Notes under the pieces: model-generated
Told to the model about the DNA's origin: nothing
The model's database searches: none
What the model saw: only the letters and a program-made list of their open reading frames with translations
From: Parcubacteria group bacterium Gr01-1014_8
GTDB taxonomy: Bacteria > Patescibacteriota > Minisyncoccia > Phycocordibacterales > UBA2100
Length of the DNA stretch: 64,000 bases
Assembly (NCBI GenBank): GCA_007376385.1
Contig: VMGC01000005.1
Location: 119,386 to 183,385 of the forward strand
Direction of reading: 5' to 3'
Position numbers and translations under genes: made by a program
Part shown: positions 1 to 9,206 of the stretch, one piece after another
Numbering within the stretch: the first letter of the stretch is position 1
Layout of the letters: each line of letters begins with the position of its first letter

Positions 1-292
1 TTGCTCCGGCGACGAAAAAACGACTGGCTTTGGATTCGTCGGTCCGCGCACGCGTGCAGCCCTCATGCAATTTGCAAAGGATAACGTGTACGTTCAGCCA
101 GAGCCGATAATTGTGACTGTGCCCCTGGACGGGCAGGCCGGCAGCTCTTCAACGTCTACAGCGTCGACTACACCACCAGGTTCTTCCGGCTCACCGACTT
201 CCATGACGCCAGAAAAAGCTGCTCAAATAGATCTCTTGCAAGCACAGATACATGAGTTGCAACATCGAATTGCCGAACTAATGGATACGTGA
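1..292 (+). CDS. 3' end of a gene that starts upstream of the window; the fragment carries a peptidoglycan-binding-like motif (GFGFVGPRTRAALMQFAKDNV) and a Ser/Thr/Pro-rich tail
   Basis: The reading frame is open from position 2 with no upstream stop. The motif resembles PG_binding_1 (G-FGP-T--A---FQ). Confidence 0.35.
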   Translation, partial: CSGDEKTTGFGFVGPRTRAALMQFAKDNVYVQPEPIIVTVPLDGQAGSSSTSTASTTPPGSSGSPTSMTPEKAAQIDLLQAQIHELQHRIAELMDT

Positions 293-510
293 GCACAAGA
301 ACCTGATATCGACCGGATATGGTGCCGTAGACCCCCGAACTCGCGCGGCGATAGCGGCTGTGTGCAGCTTTTGAATAGAATGTTAGTCAGCAGAATTGCC
401 GAAGCTGTAGATACGTGAGCTAATATTTTGGGGTCAGTTTTCCACTGGCACATTGCCGGACGGCCTGCTATTCTGCAGCCAATGACTCACCCCGGAACGG
501 CCGTCATGAT

Positions 511-3036
511 GTGTATATGAAAAAACACATCCGACCGAGCGGCGTGCGACAACCGAGTGGCGAACGAGGACGTGGTGAGGACAGCAGTCCGAATCCAGGA
601 AGTGCTGAGGCCAGCAGAGCGAACGTGGTCTGGATGGAGGAGGTCGGGATGAACGATGTCGCGAGCGTGGGGGGAAAGAACGCCTCGCTGGGCGAGCTTC
701 TCGGTTCTGTCGGAAAAAAAGGAGTTCGAGTGCCGAGCGGTTTCATCGTCACTGCAGCAGCGTACGAGTACATATTGAAGAAAAATAATCTGAATGCATT
801 TATTAAAGAGACTCTTAGTGGCATCCAGGTCCGCAACATCAAGGAACTTGCACGCCGCGCAAAGAAGATACGCGACAAGATAATCGCCTCAAAACTCCCG
901 CCAGACCTGGCGGGAGAAATCGTTAAAGGGTATCGGGAGATGGAAAGGCAATACGGTAAAAATGTGGATGTTGCGGTCCGCTCCAGCGCGACTGCAGAAG
1001 ACTTGCCGGATGCGAGTTTTGCAGGGCAACAGGAGACATACCTCGGCATCCGCGGAGAAGCAGCAGTCCTGAAAGCGGTGATGTGGACCATAGCGTCGCT
1101 CTTCAACGATAGAGCAATCGTATATCGCGCCGAAAAAGGATATTCCCATACACACATCGCACTTTCCGTCGGTGTTCAGAAAATGGTGCGGGCAGGGGAG
1201 GGCTCATCGGGCGTCATGTTTACGCTCGACACCGAATCCGGATTCAAAGATGTGGTGCTGATCACCGCCTCGCTGGGGCTAGGCGAGCTTATCGTCCAAG
1301 GCCGCGTTTCTCCCGATGAGTACATCGTATTCAAGCCGACGCTCGGCAAGTTTCCGAAACCAATCATCTCAAAGGCAATGGGCCAGAAGGAAGGCAAGAT
1401 GGTGTACTCCAAGCAAAACGAATCAGTGGATATTTCGCGCGTAAAAGAAATTAAGACAAGTGAAAAAGAACGAAGCACGTTCTGTCTCTCGGACAAAGAT
1501 ATTCTTACGCTCGCAAAATGGGCGACGATGATAGAGGACCACTATACGAGGCGCCGCGGTTCATGGTCGCCGATGGACATCGAGTGGGCGAAAGATGGCG
1601 ACGGGAAACTGTATATCTTGCAGGCGCGGCCGGAGACCGTGCAAGTGAAGCGTGACGTCACGGTCTTTCGAGAATATTTGCTTCGCGGCAAACCGCGCAA
1701 ACTTCTTGCGAAGGGTATATCAGTGGGGCACAGCATCGTCTCTGGACGTGCACGCGTTATCCATCACCCCAAGGAAGCAGAACAATTCAAGAAAGGCGAA
1801 ATTCTCATCACGAAAATGACAGACCCTGACTGGGGCCCGATCATGAAAATGGCAACCGCCATCGTAACGGATAGTGGCGGCAGGACCTCGCACGCGGCAA
1901 TCGTCTCTCGCGAACTTGGCATTCCGGCCATCGTCGGCGCTCATGACGCGACAAAAAAGATAAGGACGGGAGACATCATCACCATAGATGTCGCAGGCTC
2001 GGAAGGCAGGATTTATCCGGGCAAGGTCTCCTTCACGATGACCGAACAGAACATCAAGGCGCTCCCGAAAACAAAAACGAAGCTCATGCTGAACCTCGCG
2101 TCGCCCGACATGGCATTCGGCTATTCGCACTTGCCGGTGCAGGGCGTGGGCCTCGCGCGCGAAGAATTCATCATCGCGTCCTACATCGGCATCCATCCAT
2201 CGGCGGTTCTCAATTTCAAAACGTTGCCCCCGGACATAAAGAAAAAAGTCGCGAACCGTACGCGCGGTTGGAGCGACCCGAGACAATTCTACATAGACAA
2301 GCTTGCCTTCGGTATCGCCAAGATCGCGGCCGCATTCTATCCGAAGCAGGTCATCGTCCGTTTTTCTGATTTCAAGTCGAACGAGTATGCAGGCCTCATA
2401 GGCGGTGACTTGTACGAGCCTAAAGAAGAAAACCCGATGATAGGGTGGCGTGGTGCGTCCCGCTACTACGCGCCGGCATTCCGCAAAGCGTTCGAGCTGG
2501 AAATAAAGGCGTTCTTGAAAGTGCGCAACGATATGGGGCTTAAGAACGTGATACCCATGGTGCCGTTCTGCCGCACTATTGAAGAGGCGAAAAAGGTTCT
2601 TGCGTTGATGGCGGAGGACGGACTTGTCCCGCGCTCGCTCGCGAAGAAGAAGAGCGAAGGAGTCGAAACCATCATGATGTGCGAGATACCGTCAAACGTC
2701 GTCCTTGCTGATGAATTTCTCAACTACTTCGACGGTTTTTCCATCGGCTCGAACGACTTAACCCAGCTTGCGCTCGGACTCGACAGAGATTCTGGCACTA
2801 TCGCCAAGGTGGGCAACGAGAACGACCCGGCTATCCGAAAACTCATCAGTGGCGCAATAGATGCCTGCAAGAGGCGAAAGAAATATTCAGGCATCTGCGG
2901 CCAGGGTCCGTCGGATCTTCCTGATTTTGGCGACTTTCTGGTGCGGAAGGGAATTGGGAGCATGTCGCTGAACCCCGACACGGTCGTCAAAACGCTGGTG
3001 CGGATCGCGAAGCTGGAGAAAAAGTTGAAGTTCTAA
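511..3036 (+). CDS. ppsA: phosphoenolpyruvate synthase (pyruvate, water dikinase)
   Basis: 841-aa ORF. The N-terminus GMNDVASVGGKNASLGE matches the PpsA ATP-grasp start. A PEP-utilising His domain (GGRTSHAAIVSRELGIPA) and a C-terminal PEP-binding TIM barrel are present. The true start may be an internal Met near 634-649. Confidence 0.9.
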   Translation: MYMKKHIRPSGVRQPSGERGRGEDSSPNPGSAEASRANVVWMEEVGMNDVASVGGKNASLGELLGSVGKKGVRVPSGFIVTAAAYEYILKKNNLNAFIKETLSGIQVRNIKELARRAKKIRDKIIASKLPPDLAGEIVKGYREMERQYGKNVDVAVRSSATAEDLPDASFAGQQETYLGIRGEAAVLKAVMWTIASLFNDRAIVYRAEKGYSHTHIALSVGVQKMVRAGEGSSGVMFTLDTESGFKDVVLITASLGLGELIVQGRVSPDEYIVFKPTLGKFPKPIISKAMGQKEGKMVYSKQNESVDISRVKEIKTSEKERSTFCLSDKDILTLAKWATMIEDHYTRRRGSWSPMDIEWAKDGDGKLYILQARPETVQVKRDVTVFREYLLRGKPRKLLAKGISVGHSIVSGRARVIHHPKEAEQFKKGEILITKMTDPDWGPIMKMATAIVTDSGGRTSHAAIVSRELGIPAIVGAHDATKKIRTGDIITIDVAGSEGRIYPGKVSFTMTEQNIKALPKTKTKLMLNLASPDMAFGYSHLPVQGVGLAREEFIIASYIGIHPSAVLNFKTLPPDIKKKVANRTRGWSDPRQFYIDKLAFGIAKIAAAFYPKQVIVRFSDFKSNEYAGLIGGDLYEPKEENPMIGWRGASRYYAPAFRKAFELEIKAFLKVRNDMGLKNVIPMVPFCRTIEEAKKVLALMAEDGLVPRSLAKKKSEGVETIMMCEIPSNVVLADEFLNYFDGFSIGSNDLTQLALGLDRDSGTIAKVGNENDPAIRKLISGAIDACKRRKKYSGICGQGPSDLPDFGDFLVRKGIGSMSLNPDTVVKTLVRIAKLEKKLKF

Positions 3037-3066
3037 TCAAGAGTCTCTGCATAGAGCTCAAATCCA

Positions 3067-3106
3067 AAATACCATAATGGTGCCGGTCGGCACCATTATG
3101 GTATTT
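3067..3106. repeat. palindromic hairpin repeat copy 1 (AAATACCATAATGGTGCCGGTCGGCACCATTATGGTATTT), followed by a T-rich run; probable bidirectional terminator between convergent genes
   Basis: Perfect 18-bp inverted repeat around the CCGGTCGG core. It belongs to a 5-copy family in this window. Confidence 0.6.
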
Positions 3107-3127
3107 CGTTTTTCATGGTGAGAAGCG

Positions 3128-3658
3128 TCAACCTGCGCTCTCTCGCTCGATAACGTCCTGTATCTCGCGAATATCTTTTACGTTCTCCATCCATCTGAGT
3201 TCTCTGTCTGTTTTCGAAATACCGAGGTGATGGTGCAAGGCATCATGCATACGCAATATTTTCGTTATTTCTGCTTCCGCACGCACGTCTATTTCGAAAT
3301 CCATCTGTTGGCGTAGGTCCGCAATTTTGCTCTGTCTGTTCTGGCTGATGAGGACGACGATGGCGAGACCGATTGCTTCAAGCGAGACTACCATCGTAAG
3401 GAGCCCGAATGGGAACGGGTCAAATATAGGGAGTCCTAGCCATCCCAGATTCCACTCTATCCAGCCGATGAAGAACCCCGCATGCCAGATCAGGAACCAG
3501 ACAGTGCCGAACTGTACGGTCATGAAATCGGCGACTTTATCGGTCCAGTGCCGCTCAAACTTGAGCTGGGACTTGAACATTTCAGCCTTATGCTTCGCCT
3601 TCTTTTTGTGCTCCTCTTTTACTTCAAGGGTATGTTTTATTGGCTCCATCTCCGGCAT
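3128..3658 (-). CDS. DUF1003 family membrane protein
   Basis: The motif LLTMVVSLEAIGLAIVVLISQNRQ is typical of DUF1003 and there are two TM segments. The ORF extends to 3685; an internal Met is the preferred start. Confidence 0.55.
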   Translation of the reverse strand: MPEMEPIKHTLEVKEEHKKKAKHKAEMFKSQLKFERHWTDKVADFMTVQFGTVWFLIWHAGFFIGWIEWNLGWLGLPIFDPFPFGLLTMVVSLEAIGLAIVVLISQNRQSKIADLRQQMDFEIDVRAEAEITKILRMHDALHHHLGISKTDRELRWMENVKDIREIQDVIERESAG

Positions 3659-3729
3659 CCTACCCCCGGCTCGACTTCTCCTCAACTGGCGTCTCGCGTT
3701 GGGCTCTCAAGCATGCCGATTGCGGAGGC

Positions 3730-3817
3730 CTTTATTGGCGAGCGTTGCGAGCGAAGCGAAAATGTATTCATTTTCATTTTCGAGCCGAGGAGCCAACATA
3801 GGGTCGAATACCCCGCG
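3730..3817 (-). repeat. element of about 88 nt, copy 1 (inverted relative to copies 2 and 3); a structured intergenic repeat
   Basis: Reverse complement of CCGCGGGGTATTCGACCCTATGTTGGYTCCTCGGCTCGRAAATG-hairpin-CATTTYRCTCGCAACGCTCGCCAATAAA. Copies 2 and 3 are at 38341 and 62216. The internal hairpin differs in sequence between copies but stays paired. Confidence 0.55.
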
Positions 3818-3830
3818 GTATGAATACCCT

Positions 3831-4196
3831 TTATTTTAAGAGCCTGTCGATAGCATCAATGATGCCTTGTGCTGATTCATCTGATTTCACTACGTAGCCG
3901 CGGATACCGAGCGCCATTCCTTCCGCGATGTTATCCATTGAAGACACGTTGGAGGTAATGAGTACAGGCGTTTTACCCTCGCCGTATTTTTTGTTCAGTT
4001 CCTTCAGGAATTGGAGGCCGTCCATTCCAGGCATCTTGATATCAAGAAGGATGCCGTCGGGCTGTGATTCGCTCATTTTTTGCAGCCCCTCGCTTCCGTC
4101 ACTCGCACATACCACTTCGTACTCTGCGCTGTCCAGCTCTCCTTTCATGAGACTCTTGAAAGTCTCGTCATCATCGATAATAAGTATTTTCTTCAT
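3831..4196 (-). CDS. single-domain response regulator (CheY-like receiver)
   Basis: An IIDDDE acidic pocket, the phospho-acceptor Asp context LLDIKMPGMDG, and a length of 121 aa. Confidence 0.85.
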   Translation of the reverse strand: MKKILIIDDDETFKSLMKGELDSAEYEVVCASDGSEGLQKMSESQPDGILLDIKMPGMDGLQFLKELNKKYGEGKTPVLITSNVSSMDNIAEGMALGIRGYVVKSDESAQGIIDAIDRLLK

Positions 4197-4416
4197 GGAC
4201 TAGTTGTTTCTTTTTGCGCCACCGGGAGGGTGAAATAAAATGTACTTCCGACCCCAACTTTGGTCACAACGCCGGTAATACCTCCGTGCCCCTATTATAC
4301 CCTTGGCGATGGCGAGCCCAAGGCCTGATCCTCGCATTCTCGGGATTGCCTTGTTATCGAAAACCAAAACGCCCAGCGATAGCGCGGGGCGTTCTCCACT
4401 CCTTTGTTAGAAGAAG

Positions 4417-5751
4417 TTACGGTTGGACGAATGACTGGGTCGAACTCGTTGCCGTGTTGTTCGCTGCGTCCGTCGTCTCTATAGCGTAGTAGTACGTTGT
4501 ACTTGCCGTAAGCCCAGAGAGTCCGAGCAGGTGGTTTGTTACGAGCGTGCTATTAAACGCGTTCAAGGTCGGACTCGCCAGCGTGACAGGCGTTGTTGTG
4601 CCGTACCATACTTTACTCGAGGCGTTTTCGTTCGTCGCCCATATCACGTTTGCTGCCGTTGCAGAGGTAGACGATGCGTTTAGACCCGAGATAATTGGTG
4701 CGGTTGTGTCAGGCGTTCCTGTCGTGAACGTCGAATCTCCCGAAGTTGCACTGTTGCCCGCAGCATCTTTCGAGATAACGCGGAAGTGGTACAGCGTTCC
4801 GTTGGTGAGACCCGTAATCGCGACGCTGTGACTTGTCACAAGCGTTGCATTAAGCGTTGTCGTTGCCCCGTAGGAAGTTGTTGTTCCGTATTCGACTTGG
4901 GATGTTGCGCCTTCGTTGGTGTTCCACTGGATCGTTGCTCCTGCAGTTGTGATGCTTGTCGCAGCAATGTTGCTGAACGTCGGAGCAGTTGTGTCGGTTG
5001 GTGTCCCGCCCCCTGCACATACGCCGACAGAGTCGCCGTGAGCGAGGTGGGCTCCGAGAGCCGGAATTGCGATGACGAGTGTTTGCGGAGACGCACCGGC
5101 TGGCTTGTGGCACAGAGTCACAAATCCTTGTCCCGGCGTCGTCGAGCTGATCTCAAGTCCAAGTCTCTTGATGATGCCGAACGGAAGTTCTCGGCCGATG
5201 AAGAGCGAAAGGATTTTAGCCTGCGTCTTTGGGCCAAAGATACCGATGGAATCAATGCCGTGCTTTTTCTGGAACAGGCGCAGCGCTGCTTCGGTTCTCG
5301 GGCCAAAGAATCCAGTTATGAATTCCGGCGAGAAGAGCGAAGGATCCTGTGCAAGAAGTTCCTGCAAGTCGCGCACGTCATCGCCTGACATGCCGCGTGA
5401 GAGCGAGCGAAGGAATTTCAGGTCCTTTCTCACATCCTTTATATCGGATTTTGTTTCTTTTATCTCGACTTTGAGCGCTGCTCGCGCTGCGTCGTTCGAA
5501 TCGTCGTTGCTCAAGGCCTTCTTGTCCGCCTTCAGCTTTGCGAGCTCTTCTTGCAGAATCTTAATCTGCTGCATGAGCGCATCGGTGGTTGTGCCAAGTG
5601 CTCCGAAGTTGAACACCCACGACTTGTTGCCGTTGTTACTCTTTCCCGACTTTCCATGTTCGCCGTCATTATCGTTGTCTGCATATGCGAGCGGTGCCAT
5701 AGCGAGGCCCATGAACATTGCAGAGATTATTCCTACTCGTAATAGATACAT
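4417..5751 (-). CDS. secreted protein with a signal peptide, a coiled-coil, a peptidoglycan-binding domain and two fibronectin type III-like domains
   Basis: Signal peptide MYLLRVGIISAMFMGLAMAPLAYA. A PG_binding_1-like segment (DVRDLQELLAQD...FGPRTEAALRLFQKKHGI). Two Thr-rich Fn3-like repeats (TAPTFSNIAATSITTAGATIQW...YHFRV). The ORF track extends the start to 5865. Confidence 0.6.
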   Translation of the reverse strand: MYLLRVGIISAMFMGLAMAPLAYADNDNDGEHGKSGKSNNGNKSWVFNFGALGTTTDALMQQIKILQEELAKLKADKKALSNDDSNDAARAALKVEIKETKSDIKDVRKDLKFLRSLSRGMSGDDVRDLQELLAQDPSLFSPEFITGFFGPRTEAALRLFQKKHGIDSIGIFGPKTQAKILSLFIGRELPFGIIKRLGLEISSTTPGQGFVTLCHKPAGASPQTLVIAIPALGAHLAHGDSVGVCAGGGTPTDTTAPTFSNIAATSITTAGATIQWNTNEGATSQVEYGTTTSYGATTTLNATLVTSHSVAITGLTNGTLYHFRVISKDAAGNSATSGDSTFTTGTPDTTAPIISGLNASSTSATAANVIWATNENASSKVWYGTTTPVTLASPTLNAFNSTLVTNHLLGLSGLTASTTYYYAIETTDAANNTATSSTQSFVQP

Positions 5752-6048
5752 ATTTGCTATTGCTTTATTACTAAGTTTATAAGCCGCACGAATGTGGATT
5801 ATACACCCGTACTTGTAGGTAGGACGGTGGGGGAGTGCGCTTCTTGCGGTTGCCCAGATTAGCACACGTTTACAGCGTACTTGTCAATTTTCGGCAGTCC
5901 CAACCAATCATCAAGCACTGACGATAGTCTTGAATCCACCGTACGCCATCTTTTTCGTTCTTCCCGGCCAGCAAATAGGGCAGGGACCGCTTCCGCGAAA
6001 CTTGTGACCGCGGTTGCAAGTTCTCCATGGAGATTTCTTTTTCATTGT

Positions 6049-6315
6049 TCAATCTTCGTTGTCGTGAATGTTATCGATTGGGACCCACCATTTTGTTGGC
6101 ACCCCGTTAACAGCAATCATAACCTCTCCTTCAGGCTGACCCTGAAAGTTTTCTCTGACGCGTGTTAATTTATATTCTCCATGAGGACCGGGTTCCTTTA
6201 CTCCCGTCCAATCAACACTTACACGAAGTCCTATTTTGCCGCGAAGTTTTGGGTACTTCCAAAGCAGTCTCGCGTCGTTTTCTTCTTGAGGTGGAGTAAT
6301 ATTTTCCGGACTCAT
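6049..6315 (-). CDS. hypothetical protein
   Basis: 88-aa ORF overlapping the upstream membrane-protein gene by 4 nt (operon-like). No motif recognised. Confidence 0.35.
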   Translation of the reverse strand: MSPENITPPQEENDARLLWKYPKLRGKIGLRVSVDWTGVKEPGPHGEYKLTRVRENFQGQPEGEVMIAVNGVPTKWWVPIDNIHDNED

Positions 6316-6737
6316 ACCACTGGAATTGCAGGTTGTGTATTACGCATGCGCAATTTTCCGCCGAGCCACACGAGAGGGAATGCAGTGACCGCAAGCAGGG
6401 TGGGGTACCAATGTTGAGAGAGATTCCATCCTGCAACCACGCCGGCTATCCCGCCGATGACTCCCAAAACCGCGAGAATTTTTACATGTCGCATTTGTTC
6501 GTCCGGTGCGAGCATAGCGGTCACATATCCGCCTACGATTGCGTACAGACTGCGGTACAGAAAGGCCACAACGAGCATCCATGTGACAAATAATCCTTGG
6601 TCAGACACGGGAGGGAAAATGCCCACTTGTTCGAGCACCCAATCAGTGCCCATTGATAAAACAACAACGGTGATAAGACCTGCAAGAACTGCACCAATGC
6701 TTTTAAGGATTGTCATGCGGTAATTATTTACCCTCAA
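6312..6737 (-). CDS. hypothetical integral membrane protein
   Basis: 141 aa with about 4 hydrophobic helices. 4-nt overlap with the downstream gene. Confidence 0.45.
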   Translation of the reverse strand: MRVNNYRMTILKSIGAVLAGLITVVVLSMGTDWVLEQVGIFPPVSDQGLFVTWMLVVAFLYRSLYAIVGGYVTAMLAPDEQMRHVKILAVLGVIGGIAGVVAGWNLSQHWYPTLLAVTAFPLVWLGGKLRMRNTQPAIPVV

Positions 6738-6838
6738 ATGCTTTCTGCAAAGTCGCGATGTACGATGAATGAGATGGCCTCGCTGACTTTTGTGAGGGCA
6801 CGGGGGAGATCATATCAAATCGAGGCTGGATTGAGTGT

Positions 6839-7411
6839 CTACTGCACAAGACAGTATGAGGGGTAGTATCCGCACATGAAGCCCCGAAGTTGTATCCTGT
6901 TGGCTTCTGTCTGCCTTTCGGTAAATTCATTGAACTGTCGCCACGCCTCTTGTTCGTCGATACTTCCGCTACGCAGTCTTCTTTCAATAGCGCCAAGCCC
7001 TTCAGCGATGAGGAGACCGGGATATGAGCGAGTCCCGTTTGCTTCGTATGCGCGTAATGCCATGCCGTATTCACGGGAGAACCGGGTAAGATTTTCCACC
7101 AACTTTCCTAACGCTGGCTGTCCCGTTTTGTTATACACGGCGGAGTCGTAATTCATGCGCGCGATTTGCATACGCTCTTGGGCGTCATCGACTGCTTCAT
7201 CGAACGGTCCGAACGGAGGATCTCCCGGGCGCCATCTCGGTACAGGCCGCAATTCGGCAGGAAGTTCATCAGGATTTTCCTGTGCGAATGCCGGTCCGAA
7301 CATCATCACTCCGGCCGCTACTCCTGCCGCTTCTCCTGTCATTCGCAGAAAGTCTCTTCTGCTTGGAAGATTATTTGGAAGCGGTAGTTTTTCCTTGCCG
7401 TCCATTGTCAC
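6839..7411 (-). CDS. Tat-signal secreted hypothetical protein
   Basis: The N-terminal twin-arginine motif SRRDFLRM is followed by a hydrophobic h-region and AFA. Confidence 0.5.
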   Translation of the reverse strand: MTMDGKEKLPLPNNLPSRRDFLRMTGEAAGVAAGVMMFGPAFAQENPDELPAELRPVPRWRPGDPPFGPFDEAVDDAQERMQIARMNYDSAVYNKTGQPALGKLVENLTRFSREYGMALRAYEANGTRSYPGLLIAEGLGAIERRLRSGSIDEQEAWRQFNEFTERQTEANRIQLRGFMCGYYPSYCLVQ

Positions 7412-7482
7412 ACGTTAACTATACTCTCCTCGACAACCTTTCAAAATGGCGGGGATGCCACCGTCCTGCGAAAAACCGTGTT

Positions 7483-7884
7483 TTACATTTCTTTTGGCTG
7501 TATCACGCCAACACGGTTGCCTTCGGTGTCGAGAATGCTCACGTAGAGTCCAATGCCCGGAATGTCGTCGGGAACGCCGGGCTTTTGTCCGCCCAAGACC
7601 GTGCCTCCCGCGTCGGCCACTTTCTTCATCGCCTCTCGAATATCTTTGACCGCTATGACGACATTCGGGTATTGGTCGGATTTTGTTCTCTTAAATATTC
7701 CGCCGTTTATTCTGCCTGGCTTTGTCGGCATTCTGTCTTTATCCATTTCCGTTGTGTGAATGACAGTATAATTTGCCATTTCCGGTCCGAGGTGCTGTGC
7801 GTGCCAGCCGAACGCCTTTCCATAAAAATCTGCGGCGCGCTTCTGGTCGTCCGCAGGCATCTCAAAGTGAACTACAGGGTCCAT
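7483..7884 (-). CDS. VOC (glyoxalase/bleomycin-resistance) family protein
   Basis: 133 aa. HFEMPADD...FYGKAFGW is the typical VOC N-terminus, and GGTVL...PGIG...DTEGNRVGV is the typical C-terminal strand pattern. Confidence 0.7.
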   Translation of the reverse strand: MDPVVHFEMPADDQKRAADFYGKAFGWHAQHLGPEMANYTVIHTTEMDKDRMPTKPGRINGGIFKRTKSDQYPNVVIAVKDIREAMKKVADAGGTVLGGQKPGVPDDIPGIGLYVSILDTEGNRVGVIQPKEM

Positions 7885-8057
7885 AGTGTGTGCTCATTAT
7901 GATGATAATTATTAGGAACCCAGTATAGCAAAATCACCTTTTCAGAAGACTTGAAACAAATTGCCTGTCCGCAGCGTACTAGGGGCAATGCGGGGTAGGT
8001 TTATCCGTGCATTAAGCGCTGTAAGACGCCAGCAATCGTTTGCGTCTGTATACACAT

Positions 8058-8789
8058 ATGAATCAGATCTTATTTGGGGTTATTGCATTATTTATGTTCA
8101 CAATTACCGGTATAGGTATTGCGGAAGTAAAGACGCAAATGTTTACCAACGCAAACGGCGAGACTAACTCGGAGGTCATCTCTGACGACTCAGGGGCTGC
8201 GCGCGTCACATCTCAATCGCAAGTTTCAGCAGCGGCCGCTGCCTCTCCTAAGAATAGCGGCGGGGTTTCGGCGAGTGTAGGCGTAAACGCGAAGGCCGCC
8301 ACCACTGTTCCGGAAGTTTTGGCGGCGGTTGCCCGCGAGGTTGAGGGCGCACTATTTAGCGGCTGGAGCGATGACGGTGAGGACGAAAATGAGCACGAAT
8401 ATGGGGACGACGATGAGGACGATGAGGATAATCGCTCGTCGAATCGCACGTCTCAAACGAACACGGCTCCCGCGCCAACGCCAGCTCCTGCTCCAGCACC
8501 GACAGCATCATCGAACACAAGTACAAACACAAGCACTTCCGTGAGCACCGTTGCGACATTTACAATGTCCGATGTTGCAGCGCACAATTCATCAGCAAGT
8601 TGCTATTCGGCAATTGGCGGGTCAGTCTACGATCTCTCCTCGTTCGTGACAAAACATCCGGGCGGACAGGCGGCGATAAAATCCCTGTGCGGGGTAGACG
8701 GAACTGCGGCATATAACGGCCAGCATGGCGGGCAAGGCACTCCCGCATCGGTACTCGCACAATACAAAATCGGCGTCGTTGCCAACTAG
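8058..8789 (+). CDS. membrane-anchored protein with a C-terminal cytochrome b5-like heme-binding domain
   Basis: An N-terminal TM segment, an acidic/Pro-Ala-Thr-rich low-complexity linker (EDENEHEYGDDDEDDEDN, APAPTPAPAPAP), and a C-terminal FTMSDVAAHNS...YDLSSFVTKHPGG motif (HPGG heme-binding signature). Confidence 0.6.
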   Translation: MNQILFGVIALFMFTITGIGIAEVKTQMFTNANGETNSEVISDDSGAARVTSQSQVSAAAAASPKNSGGVSASVGVNAKAATTVPEVLAAVAREVEGALFSGWSDDGEDENEHEYGDDDEDDEDNRSSNRTSQTNTAPAPTPAPAPAPTASSNTSTNTSTSVSTVATFTMSDVAAHNSSASCYSAIGGSVYDLSSFVTKHPGGQAAIKSLCGVDGTAAYNGQHGGQGTPASVLAQYKIGVVAN

Positions 8790-8795
8790 ACGCAT

Positions 8796-9206
8796 ATGTT
8801 AGTGCTTCACATCCTTTCATTTGGGTTTGTTCTCGGTATAACCGCGATAGCCGATAAAGATGCGTTTCTGTGGCTCCGCGGAAAAAAGAGGGTGCTTGAG
8901 CGAAAAACGCTGCGGAACTACCATCTGATGATCTGGCTCGGTCTTATCTCGCTGACAATATCTGGATTCTATCTCTTCTATCCGATGCGGTTATTCTTGC
9001 TCTCGAATCTTCTCTTCGACGTGAAGTTGTTATTCGTCGCAATACTATTCGCGAACGCGATTCTCATCGGGCGTCTCATGAACCTTGCGCTTACGAGACC
9101 TTTTGCCGCCTTGACGCGAAACGAGAAACTCTCGCTCGTATTGAGCGGTGCAATTTCCGCATTCAGCTGGTTCTGCGCCTCAGCGATTGCTCTTTGGATT
9201 TTTTAG
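8796..9206 (+). CDS. hypothetical membrane protein
   Basis: 136 aa with four hydrophobic segments. Confidence 0.4.
   Translation: MLVLHILSFGFVLGITAIADKDAFLWLRGKKRVLERKTLRNYHLMIWLGLISLTISGFYLFYPMRLFLLSNLLFDVKLLFVAILFANAILIGRLMNLALTRPFAALTRNEKLSLVLSGAISAFSWFCASAIALWIF

Noticed and set aside
504-2990. Several minus-strand ORFs (504..1157, 889..1155, 1176..1496, 1720..2286, 2466..2990) inside ppsA
   Set aside because: They are antisense to a well-supported 841-aa PEP synthase gene and have no motifs. Typical shadow ORFs of GC-rich coding sequence.
3327-3839. ORFs 3327..3839(+), 3482..3823(+), 38051..38389(-), 38329..38532(-), 62088..62276(-) with apparently conserved peptides (…SRGTNIGSNTPR…)
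   Set aside because: The conservation comes from the 88-nt nucleotide repeat that they cross. The frames differ in orientation relative to flanking genes and overlap real genes (DUF1003, def).
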